Source: Welwitschia mirabilis
Lineage: Eukaryota
Reading direction: 5' to 3'
Assembly (NCBI GenBank): GCA_051453625.1
Contig: JBOZIK010000001.1
Coordinates: 29,906,968-29,950,481 of the forward strand
Length of the DNA stretch: 43,514 nt
The notes under the pieces were generated by a model. That model saw only the letters and a program-made list of their open reading frames with translations. It was not told the DNA's origin and did no database searches. Position 1 is the first letter of the stretch, and each line of letters opens with the position of its first letter. The translations under genes were made by a program, and so were the position numbers. Shown one piece after another: positions 1-10,064 of the stretch.

Positions 1-399
1 CCCCCCTTCCCCTTCTAATGTTCTCGATCCTATCTTTTTCTACTTAGAAATGGACTGACTACATTCTATAATGGCATTAAATTTATAAACTCTCAACTTG
101 TATCACTCTTGTGAATCTATTTATGCCTTGCAATGGTGGAAATGGTTCTCGATTTATTGTAGGACTTTATTTGAACTATGGAAGTTCTAAAACAAAGGAA
201 TTTTTAATAATGAGACTTTCAACTCCTTTCCTCCTCCTTGTAAGCATGATATTGTCCATAGCATCAAGCTCTAAAGTTTGTGAGATTCCCCTTCTTTCTC
301 TTTAAATCTCTTTGCTTGAAGTTTATATCTTATTTGGAATCCCAATTGACTAGCATTATAATCTCTCCCTTATTTATTTGAATCTTAAAGAGTCTTTCA

Positions 400-3300
400 A
401 CCAAAAAGAGAATAGGAAGACATTAACTTTAGGCATGAAGGAAATCATCCATCCATGCTAGCTGAAAGTTGAGGTATGTAATGATCCCTTAAGAATTGAT
501 ACCTTAAAATTTTGATATAAAAAATACAATCCTTATTTTTTTTTCATGTCTAAGACTATATGCTCAAACTCCACTTGTAATATGATTCTTTACAATTTCT
601 TCTTCCAATATTATTTTACCTTTTTAAAGTTAGCTAGTAAATTAGGTAATATTTAGTTATTATAACTTCCTTATTAAAATATAATAAATCTTTGAAATAA
701 TTAGTTTAATGGAAACTATAGATTATTATCTATAGTTCATCATTCCTGAACAAAATAAAAGAACTATTGGACTTCTTATTTTACAATATTTTAGGACTTT
801 CTAATCTTATTTTAACTGGTGATGATTCTAATGCTATTTTTCATGAAAATGGAAAAAAAAAGATTGGAGCTTTTAGTGTTACTTAAAAAAAGTAAATAAA
901 AGAATTCAATAGAGGTATAGATGAATATGATATAAAGGAAATTCTAATGAAAAATTCTATAATGTAAAATTTGATTTAAATTTAATTTTTAAAAATTTTG
1001 ATAAATTCCTTATGAATACTTCTTGACTCTTGGCCTTTTTAGACTCTTAGAGTCAAACTATTACTTGCCTTTGTTCTAATCATTAATTAGATCTTTTTTA
1101 AACTTATAGTAAGCAGTGATTTTTTACATGTATGAATGGTTGCTTTTAATTTCTTGATTTGAAAGGAAAAAATTCAAGAATAAGCAAGATTAAAGCTAAA
1201 GAATTAAAATAATTTATTTACATTATAAGTTAATTGATTTCAAGGAATACATAAAATCCTAGCAGAGTTCTCACATGTTAGATTGGAAAAATGTTAAAGA
1301 ATGATTTAATTCATAAAATTTAGTAACTTCAAGAAGAGACTTAGAAAGATGATGGATAAATGATTTAGATATTAACAAAATAAATTACTTTGATATAATA
1401 TTTTACAAAAATGAGAATCGTATTACTAGTTTCAAAGTGTAAAAATTCAATAGATCAAAAAATGTAATGCTAATACTAGATCTTTTCACACTTATGTCAT
1501 AGAGATAAAAACTTTAGTTTAATTCCTTATCTTAGTGGTAAAGAAAATTAACATATTTATAATACTAATAATATAAAAAAATACTTCTATAGAATATTAG
1601 AAAAAATTGTTAATGAATCTAAAACAAATAAATATGGGTTACATTAATAATATAACTTTTCTTATAAATAGAGATTTGGAAGATGTAGAGTTGTAATTTC
1701 TTAGGGAAACAATCTACTATGAAAGAGTTTAAGGAAGGTTTATTTAAAATTAAGATGATATTTCTCCATGTCCAAATGGTTTTTATGTTGATGTTATTTA
1801 ACCTTATTGGAACTTATTGAGGATGATATTTTAGTTGTCTCTTTAGAGTTTTGAAATTGAGGATAAATTTTCAATCTTTTTTCTCACTCATATAAAATTT
1901 AATTTTTAATAAAGTACATGTTGATAATATATTAGATTTTAGATCAATGATCTCATGTGATATTTATAAAATAATGTCAAAAGTTTTTACAAAAGAATTG
2001 AAAAGTACTCTTTTAGTTCTAATCTTAAATTCAAAAGAATACTTTGTAAAGCAAAGATATATTTTAGGTTGAGTAATTTTTTTTCGATTAGAAATAGATC
2101 AAATAATTTTGGTTCTTGAGATCTTTTACTTACCTAGTACATAGAAAAAATCTAATGTCACATTCAAATTGAATAAGAAGAAAATGCATGATAGAGTGAT
2201 TGGTATGTTCTTAAAGTAGTAATTAGAAATTTTGCTTTTTTAAAGGATGGTAAAAATTATTAGCTTTTTATGTCCCTTCATATCTTTTTATTGTATTGAA
2301 TGGTGTTTTACATGAACATTTTAATAGTGAAAAGGATTTTTAGTAAGGTGATATCTCATCACCATTTTTTCCCTTCCCCCCCTTGATTGTCAAATCTTTA
2401 GGAGGAATAATTGATAAATCTCAAAGAGATAACTCTTTAACAAACATTAAAGTTGTAAAGGTCCTAATTTAATTCACGTTTAACATGTAGATGATTCTTT
2501 TATGTTTGGTATGGGAGGAACAAAGAACAAGGTATTATTAATCTTAAAAAAAGTTTTACCTAATACTATGAATTAAAGACAAATTCATGAAATATGACTT
2601 TTTAGTTATAAAATTGAAATCTTATCTAAAAAATATTTAAGTATTTCTCATTTTATAAGGAGAGTAGAAAAAGTATTATAGATCAGTATTCTCAATAACA
2701 TGGTAAAAAAATTAATAGTATAAAAAGATAAGTTTCTTTCTCAATTAGGAAGAGCTTAGTTTATTCAAAGTTTTATTCAATACTTACCAATTTGTCTAAT
2801 GTCACATCTCTAAACTATAAAAAAGGTTTCAAGAACATGAAAAAGTTGAAAATAACTATTTATTGCAAAAGAACTAATGGTAAGAATGATATTCACTGAA
2901 AAAATTAGAATCCATTATGTAAAAAATGGGAAAAGGTACTTTTAATCTCAAAATACTTCATACATTAAATCGTTTCTTGTTAGCTAAAATAATTTGGCAA
3001 TTACATAAAAGAATGGAAAATGGAATTAGCTGTTAAAATATAAAAATATAAATCATTTTGAAAATTTGTTTAAAGTTTCACATATTATTGAGGCTTTGAA
3101 GTTTTAAATATTTTGAAAAGTTTAGAATATTATTTAAATAATTATAGTTATTTAAACATTAATAAAAATTATAAGTTGCAAAGAAAAGATAATTTCAAAT
3201 CTAAAGAAGCTTATAATTCTCTTTAAAGTTATTCTCTAGGTAGAACAGAAATTAGATGGAAAAAAATTAGATTCATTTCAATAGTTTTTTTTGTCTCTAA

Positions 3301-3660
3301 CATGATTCGATAAATTGCCTTTTTTAAAGAATATTAAAAAATATAGTTGAAAAAATACCAATCAATACTACTTTTGTAAAAATAAGGAATAATTCTTAAA
3401 ATACTATTTTTTTTAATTGTATGTGAATAAGAAACATTTGGGATTTTATTTTTTTCAATGAAAAACATAGTATGATGTCTTTTAAATAATTTTAAATCCT
3501 TAGTTATACAATAGTATTTCCGTAGAATGGATGACAAATGATTTGTTTTTTCCCCTTCTTCTTTTTTCCCTTTATTTGTTATAACAGCTTTAGACAAACT
3601 ATAATTTAAGGCTTTAAAATAAAAGATTCTCATGTTTAAGTTATTTGTAGTTTAATTATT
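400..3660 (+). mobile_element. Highly degenerate L1-clade LINE ORF2 (endonuclease + reverse transcriptase remnants)
   Basis: Decayed ORF2 motifs occur in the expected order: GDDSNA at about 818 (GDFNA), SPCPNGF at about 1763 (SPGPDGF), DFRSM...IYKIMSKV at about 1934 (DFRPIS..IYKIISKV), KMHDRV at about 2182 (KAYDRV), GF*.GD.SSP at about 2334 (GLRQGDPLSP), HVDDSFMF at about 2484 (YADD). Many stops and frameshifts. Ends are approximate. Confidence 0.75.
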
Positions 3661-4663
3661 CATGAGAAGAAATTTTAAAAATTTGAAAAAAATTATATTT
3701 TAAAATGTAACATTATTATTTTCAGATTTCAATTTTCTTGGTCCATTACTCTTGACTAGTCTTCCATTGTGAAAGAGTTAGGTAACTCACCATTTATCAT
3801 CCTAAGGTAGTCCTATCTTTCAATTTTCTCTAATCCTCAAGGTTATAGGTTTTTTTCCTAATGAATCCTTGTACTTTCTAAAACTTTTTAGGCAAAAACT
3901 AATACCTTACAAATTGAAGAAATGAATTGTAAGTAGAGCTATTTTATATCATAGAGCTCCTATTTTAAAGAGATGACACTCTTATTATTAATATTGGACT
4001 AACCATAATAGAACTAGATTTTTCGCTTCATGAAAACCAAAATAGCAAATTTTCCAATAATATGTAAACCTTTAAAAAATACTCTATATAAATTCAGATA
4101 TTTGACTTTTGATACATGAATCCAAATTCCATTCTTTAAACATAAATGCCAATTATTTTTACCCAGATGCAAAAGATTTAAATTATGAAACATTTTAAAC
4201 CAAAACCATTTATGTCCATTATCTGCTCAAGCAATTCTTTTTCTAAGAAAAGGCTTCTAATGAGCAATGCTTTCCCATAAGAAAGTTATTTTTAGGATTT
4301 TTATGCACTTTACTAATTTTTTATTTTAGAGAGAAGACATAAAATACATTAGTAAGGATTAAAAAATACTTCATATAAGATTAGCTATTATTTCTTTAAA
4401 TAAGAGTTAGCTTTCCCTCTTATTAATTTGTAGTTATTTTATTAAGAACATTCTTTGATCATTCTTTCTTAACTCTCCCTATTAAAAAGGAATATCTAAA
4501 AATTTTTTAAATAATATATCATTTTTATGACTCAAAGAAAAATGTGTATAACTTGTCATTTCGATTTAGAGAAAGATCTTAATGTATTCCATTTAGTTTT
4601 AGCACAAAATTCCATTATTCTACCCATAAAAGAGGCCACACAAACTTTTAAACCTAAATTTTC

Positions 4664-5542
4664 NNNNNNNNNNNNNNNNNNNNNNNNNNNNNNNNNNNNN
4701 NNNNNNNNNNNNNNNNNNNNNNNNNNNNNNNNNNNNNNNNNNNNNNNNNNNNNNNNNNNNNNNNNNNNNNNNNNNNNNNNNNNNNNNNNNNNNNNNNNNN
4801 NNNNNNNNNNNNNNNNNNNNNNNNNNNNNNNNNNNNNNNNNNNNNNNNNNNNNNNNNNNNNNNNNNNNNNNNNNNNNNNNNNNNNNNNNNNNNNNNNNNN
4901 NNNNNNNNNNNNNNNNNNNNNNNNNNNNNNNNNNNNNNNNNNNNNNNNNNNNNNNNNNNNNNNNNNNNNNNNNNNNNNNNNNNNNNNNNNNNNNNNNNNN
5001 NNNNNNNNNNNNNNNNNNNNNNNNNNNNNNNNNNNNNNNNNNNNNNNNNNNNNNNNNNNNNNNNNNNNNNNNNNNNNNNNNNNNNNNNNNNNNNNNNNNN
5101 NNNNNNNNNNNNNNNNNNNNNNNNNNNNNNNNNNNNNNNNNNNNNNNNNNNNNNNNNNNNNNNNNNNNNNNNNNNNNNNNNNNNNNNNNNNNNNNNNNNN
5201 NNNNNNNNNNNNNNNNNNNNNNNNNNNNNNNNNNNNNNNNNNNNNNNNNNNNNNNNNNNNNNNNNNNNNNNNNNNNNNNNNNNNNNNNNNNNNNNNNNNN
5301 NNNNNNNNNNNNNNNNNNNNNNNNNNNNNNNNNNNNNNNNNNNNNNNNNNNNNNNNNNNNNNNNNNNNNNNNNNNNNNNNNNNNNNNNNNNNNNNNNNNN
5401 NNNNNNNNNNNNNNNNNNNNNNNNNNNNNNNNNNNNNNNNNNNNNNNNNNNNNNNNNNNNNNNNNNNNNNNNNNNNNNNNNNNNNNNNNNNNNNNNNNNN
5501 NNNNNNNNNNNNNNNNNNNNNNNNNNNNNNNNNNNNNNNNNN
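4664..5542. other. Assembly gap (879 N)
   Basis: Run of N. Confidence 1.
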
Positions 5543-5700
5543 TACTCTTTCACACAAAAAGATAACAATCCCTTTTTATTATATGAAAAGAGTCTTGGGT
5601 TAAAAAGTCTAGCTTGAAAGTCATATAAACTATTAATTGGAAATCATCTAAAATAAATCAAGCTTTTAATGACTTTGTTTTATTTCATAGAGGATTCTCT

Positions 5701-5814
5701 TATAGCATTCTTTCTTAATTAAAGGTGAAATTTCATATTAGTAATACCACTCCGCTATATAGCATTCTTTCTTAATTAAAGGTGAACTTTCATATTAGTA
5801 ACACCACTTCCCTA
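5701..5814. repeat. 57-bp tandem duplication (2 copies)
   Basis: tatagcattctttcttaattaaaggtgaa.tttcatattagtaa.accact starts at 5701 and again at 5758. Confidence 0.9.
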
Positions 5815-5899
5815 TATTTCTTCTTTTTTTGTACATTTTCTCTCCTTGTTTTAGAATGATTGGTTGTTCATGTAAACTCCCTCTTCCTTGTTAATCTTT

Positions 5900-6579
5900 C
5901 ATAATTCCTTTATCTATTTGTTATCATCCTCCATATTGGCATAATACTCTAACAAATCTACAATACTAAAAGTTTAAAAAAGTTTATGACTTTAACAAAG
6001 TTCTAATTTGTATGTATTTAAAGAAATATTTTTAACAATATTACATAATCCAAGCTTCCTACACTTTAGGTTGTTACATATTCCTATTAGGAACCTATCC
6101 TTTTAAATGTGTGTAAGTACTAGATCATTTTCTTCAAACTTAACATGTTTCCTTTGCTAATCCACCCTTTCCTAATACTCTATTTTTCAAGTCATATTTT
6201 CATATGATTATGAAGATTTATAATTCTAGTTGTAAATTCATCTATCATTACTAATAAATATTTTACCTTTTCAATCAAATATGGGACTTTTAGGTGGATT
6301 CCATATGCCACTTAGATTGGTATTTTTACTATGCATCTCTTAATGGAGTTATCATATGAAAACTTACTATGAAAGAGATAACTCTCTTATAAACTTGAAG
6401 TTTTATTACACAATCATTGTACCAAGTTTTTAATTCTTTGGTTAACCCATAGTTTTTAACCATTGATTTGTAGATGGCTAGTTGAAGAGAATTGTAACAT
6501 CGTTCTTAGAAATTTCCATATACTTTTCCAAAAATGAGATAAATGTTATATCTTTGTCCAAAACAATAGTGTTAGGTAA
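5900..6579 (-). mobile_element. Ty3/Gypsy integrase C-terminal part (continuation of the 10065-13400 element)
   Basis: Minus strand reads LPNTIVLDKDITF from 6579 (LPxTIVSDRDxxF), KFSYDNS..VAYG at about 6360-6300 (EFAYNNS...IVYG) and YKLEL at about 6010. It joins in frame to ...IRLYG on the other side of the Copia insertion. Confidence 0.85.
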
Positions 6580-6821
6580 TGAAGGGTTTGGAGAAACTCT
6601 TAAGGCACTAGGAAGGTGTTTAGCACTAAATTTGATCATTGAAATGCAGCTAAAATATTTTATTGATTTTAAATGAATTTATAGAAAATGACTTTCCATA
6701 TGGAGTATAACTAACCCAAAATCTATGAATCCACATCCCAACATTTGTGGATCTCAAACTAATACTATCTAATAAATCCTATTGAGCTTTTCAACAAAAA
6801 ATTTAAATAATTATCCTAACA
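6580..6821 (-). repeat. 3' LTR of the gag-only Copia element
   Basis: Minus strand TGTTAGGATAAT...AAACCCTTCA, immediately preceded by PPT-like tttgtcatcaagagggagct. Confidence 0.9.
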
Positions 6822-6925
6822 AGCTCCCTCTTGATGACAAATCTACGAATTAGATTTTTATTACATTTAAAGTGTTAGAACATGCCCTTAGCATAGTAAT
6901 TCATGTAGAATTTATTATAAAAGTA

Positions 6926-7077
6926 TGGACTAACCATTATAAAGTGGACTAACCATGACAATATGGATTATCTATGATAATGTGGACCAACCACAATAAT
7001 ATGAACTAACTATGATAATGTGGACTAACCGTGATAATATGAACTAACCATGATCATGTGGAGTAACCACGACAAGG
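6926..7077. repeat. 19-bp tandem minisatellite x8 (consensus tggactaaccatgataat[a/g]) in the 3' non-coding region of the Copia element
   Basis: Units start at 6926, 6945, 6964, 6983, 7002, 7021, 7040, 7059. The last base alternates g/a, giving a 38-bp higher-order period. Confidence 0.9.
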
Positions 7078-7149
7078 GACAAACCCAACATTTAAAAACT
7101 TAAATCTGTATCTTTAGAAGCTTCTTCTTTGCTTACTTTTACCATTATG

Positions 7150-8615
7150 CCTAAAGTCTTCAATTTTCCATCAGGTAGATCCTTTACTTATTGAAAGCGG
7201 TTTACTGCTACATGATCTTGCTTATTGCAACAATAGCATTTTGTCCTCACTTTGTCATCTTTTATGTCCTTTTCCTGAGAATTTTTCCTTGGAAATCTTG
7301 ATGCCATAATGCTTTTTTTTCCATAGGCCATTATTCTATTACAATAATTCTTGCTAGGAAGAACACCCACGTTGTGATGATTCCGAATAATTAAAGCACC
7401 TTCTTTGAGTTCACGTTGATACATCCTTTTATGTTCTTCAATGAGTGTGTGTCTAGTACTTTCTAATGTGCAAGAAATCTGCTTTAAAGAGAAGATGTTG
7501 TAACATCGAGAAGGAAGACTACTTAGTAGAATGACTTTGACATCTTCATTATCAACTCTTGAATTAACTGCTGTAAGTTATGACCAAAGTGATCTAAAGT
7601 AATTTATGTGTGGATTCATGTCTCGTAAATCTTCCATTCTCAAACTATAAAGTTAATGCTTTAGTTCTTGTTTATCTTCATTCCACTTGAACCAAATAAT
7701 TTGTATAAATCATCCTAGACTTGTTTTAAGCTTTTACTTAAGTCAAAAAATAATCATCCTCAAGACCAAATCCAATTAGAGAAAGGGCTTTTTATCATCA
7801 TCTTCCCAATAATTAATGTTTTTTTGGATCTTNNNNNNNNNNNNNNNNNNNNNNNNNNNNNNNNNNNNNNNNNNNNNNNNNNNNNNNNNNNNNNNNNNNN
7901 NNNNNNNNNNNNNNNNNNNNNNNNNNNNNNNNNNNNNNNNNNNNNNNNNNNNNNNNNNNNNNNNNNNNNNNNNNNNNNNNNNNNNNNNNNNNNNNNNNNN
8001 NNNNNNNNNNNNNNNNNNNNNNNNNNNNNNNNNNNNNNNNNNNNNNNNNNNNNNNNNNNNNNNNNNNNNNNNNNNNNNNNNNNNNNNNNNNNNNNNNNNN
8101 NNNNNNNNNNNNNNNNNNNNNNNNNNNNNNNNNNNNNNNNNNNNNNNNNNNNNNNNNNNNNNNNNNNNNNNNNNNNNNNNNNNNNNNNNNNNNNNNNNNN
8201 NNNNNNNNNNNNNNNNNNNNNNNNNNNNNNNNNNNNNNNNNNNNNNNNNNNNNNNNNNNNNNNNNNNNNNNNNNNNNNNNNNNNNNNNNNNNNNNNNNNN
8301 NNNNNNNNNNNNNNNNNNNNNNNNNNNNNNNNNNNNNNNNNNNNNNNNNNNNNNNNNNNNNNNNNNNNNNNNNNNNNNNNNNNNNNNNNNNNNNNNNNNN
8401 NNNNNNNNNNNNNNNNNNNNNNNNNNNNNNNNNNNNNNNNNNNNNNNNNNNNNNNNNNNNNNNNNNNNNNNNNNNNNNNNNNNNNNNNNNNNNNNNNNNN
8501 NNNNNNNNNNNNNNNNNNNNNNNNNNNNNNNNNNNNNNNNNNNNNNNNNNNNNNNNNNNNNNNNNNNNNNNCTTCCATTAAATTTTTCAATATTTTTTTG
8601 CTTAGCAGGAGTTCG
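7150..8615 (-). pseudogene. Degenerate Copia gag (UBN2-type, zinc knuckle), interrupted by an N gap
   Basis: AKQKNIEKFNG at about 8605-8573. YWEDDDKKPFSLIGFGLEDD at about 7812-7755. YSLRMEDL...VDNEDVKVILLSSLPS at about 7650-7510. CYCCNKQDH knuckle in ORF 7188-7424. Confidence 0.85.
7833..8571. other. Assembly gap (739 N) inside the Copia gag
   Basis: Run of N. The flanks are gag motifs that normally lie close together, so the gap size may be overestimated. Confidence 0.95.
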
Positions 8616-9240
8616 TAATTTTAAGCCCTCTAAAAGAGAATTATCTTTCTCAACTCACATCTAGAGGATTTAAATACCTCCTATAATGATATTCTTAAGG
8701 CTAAGGGTCATACCCCTTAGAACCCCTTTTAAACCTGAAAGTTCTTCTAAAGAGCCACCACCTTCAACTCTCCTCTTCACACACTCCAAAAAATACTTTT
8801 ATTAATTGTTTTATCTTATAAATACAAAAAGCTAATAAAATGCCTTATAAATAGCAAATGAATGAAGTGCTAGAAATTTTTTGTTAAAAAATGGGGATAG
8901 AAACATAGCCAAGGGATGAAAAAGATAGTGCAAGCAAATGGTAAACATAAAGATACAAACAAGCCTCTTTTAAATACAAATCCCTAGAACTTGTGGAAAC
9001 ATTCTCTTTCGAAACCCTCCGAGAGTTGAGAATCCCTGTCACACGAAGGAAGCAGCTGACGGAAGCCAGTCGGTCATCCAGCTTTGGAATCTTCGTAATG
9101 TATATGTGACTTCAATGGAATCTAATTGTAATAGCGCCATTCAAGTTGAAGGTCCATGAAAGAAAATGTGTGCTTCAAAATGAATTTGTAGCTGTACTAT
9201 CAGACAACAATGAAGGATTTATCGAGCAGAATATTTTTTG

Positions 9241-9575
9241 TTTACCACTGATCTTAGAAAGCTTTATGAAATCTTACTAATCAAATCTTGGAGTTGCTTG
9301 ACCGAAGATATGCTGCGGGTAAAATTTCTGTGAATGATGTAGATCATCACGCCATATATGCTCTAGCAGAGTGCTAGAGAGATATTTCCATGGCCGATTG
9401 CAAGACTTATTTGCAGAAGGCGTTTTACACTGGAGTTCGTTGAGCGGCATGCACGGGAGAGCAGATAATGTAGGCAAACACAACAGGTGGACAGTGGACA
9501 AGCCGCGTGGCACCGATGGCAGTGCGTGCAGAGATGAAGCTCGGGAAGAAGATAACGTAGCAAGCGGAACGGCAG
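9241..9575 (+). pseudogene. Gnk2/DUF26 (stress-antifungal) domain fragment of a cysteine-rich receptor-like kinase or secreted protein, captured antisense in the Copia leader
   Basis: Reads FTTDLRKLYE /frameshift at about 9270/ NLTNQILELLDRRYAAGKISVNDVDHHAIYALAEC*RDISMADCKTYLQKA. The C-X8-C-X2-C spacing is exact (Cys 9372, Cys 9399, TAT for TGT at 9408), with TAG at 9375 where TGG (W) is plausible. Followed by a CAG|GTAATT donor at 9576. Confidence 0.8.
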
Positions 9576-9680
9576 GTAATTTTGAGTGATCTCTTAAATG
9601 ATCTGAAACTTCCTTCAGCGATCACATATCATTCTTTTTCCTTGTTTTTGTCTTTCTGCTCTGCCTTGGATCTTTTGCAG
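9576..9680 (+). other. Putative 105-nt spliceosomal intron retained in the captured gene fragment
   Basis: CAG|GTAATT donor, long pyrimidine tract (ttctttttccttgtttttgtctttctgct) and TTTTGCAG acceptor. Confidence 0.65.
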
Positions 9681-9808
9681 ATCACTCTCTAAAACTGTCC
9701 TCTGCATAATCTCAATGAAATCGATCTGCTCACAGATACTCGGCACCAAAGCAATATGGAAATGATGCAGTCGAAGCTTGCACTTAGAGCCTACATGTCC
9801 CAGATTTT

Positions 9809-9820
9809 GCTTTGACACCA
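9809..9820 (-). promoter_or_regulatory. Primer-binding site (initiator Met tRNA type)
   Basis: Minus strand TGGTGTCAAAGC matches TGGTATCAGAGC at 10/12 and lies 2 nt from the 5' LTR end (CA-AT-TGG). Confidence 0.85.
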
Positions 9821-9822
9821 AT

Positions 9823-10064
9823 TGAAGGGTTTGGAGAAACCCTAAAGACAGTACAAAGGTGTTGAACACTAAATTTTATCATTGAAATGCAACTGAAATG
9901 CTTTATTGAGTTTTAATGAATTTATAAAAAATGACTTTCCATATAGAGCATAACTAGCCCGAAATCTATGGATCGACATCCCAACTTTTATAGATCTCAA
10001 ACTAATATTATCTAATAAATCCTATTGACATTTTCAATACAAATTTTAAATAATTATCCTAACA
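9823..10064 (-). repeat. 5' LTR of the gag-only Copia element
   Basis: 242 bp, colinear with 6580-6821, followed by the PBS. Confidence 0.9.

Larger units (their letters stand above)
6580..10064 (-). mobile_element. Non-autonomous, gag-only Ty1/Copia LTR retrotransposon (TR-GAG-like), nested in a Gypsy integrase
   Basis: Two 242-bp TG...CA LTRs (6580-6821 and 9823-10064), ungapped, 31 mismatches by manual count (about 87% identity). TSD ggtaa (6575-6579) / agtaa (10065-10069). Met-tRNA-type PBS at 9809-9820, PPT at 6822-6840, Copia gag inside, no pol visible. Confidence 0.9.

Noticed and set aside
4527-5603. Long ORFs of 304-358 aa
   Set aside because: Artefacts of translating through the N gap.
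6570-6821. Apparent MITE with TGTTAGG...CCTAACA inverted ends
   Set aside because: No TSD at these ends. 6570-6579 is Gypsy integrase sequence, and the true LTR starts at 6580, as shown by the second LTR, PBS and TSD.
6926-7077. Regular short repeats resembling a CRISPR array
   Set aside because: Units are head-to-tail with no unique spacers, there are no cas genes, and the context is a eukaryotic retrotransposon.
7760-8664. Long ORFs of 264-282 aa
   Set aside because: They span the N gap. The real signal is Copia gag in another frame.
9277-9869. Cluster of short ORFs (66-84 aa) in the ORF track
   Set aside because: None matches a recognisable protein. The meaningful frame is the stop-containing Gnk2 frame that the track does not list.
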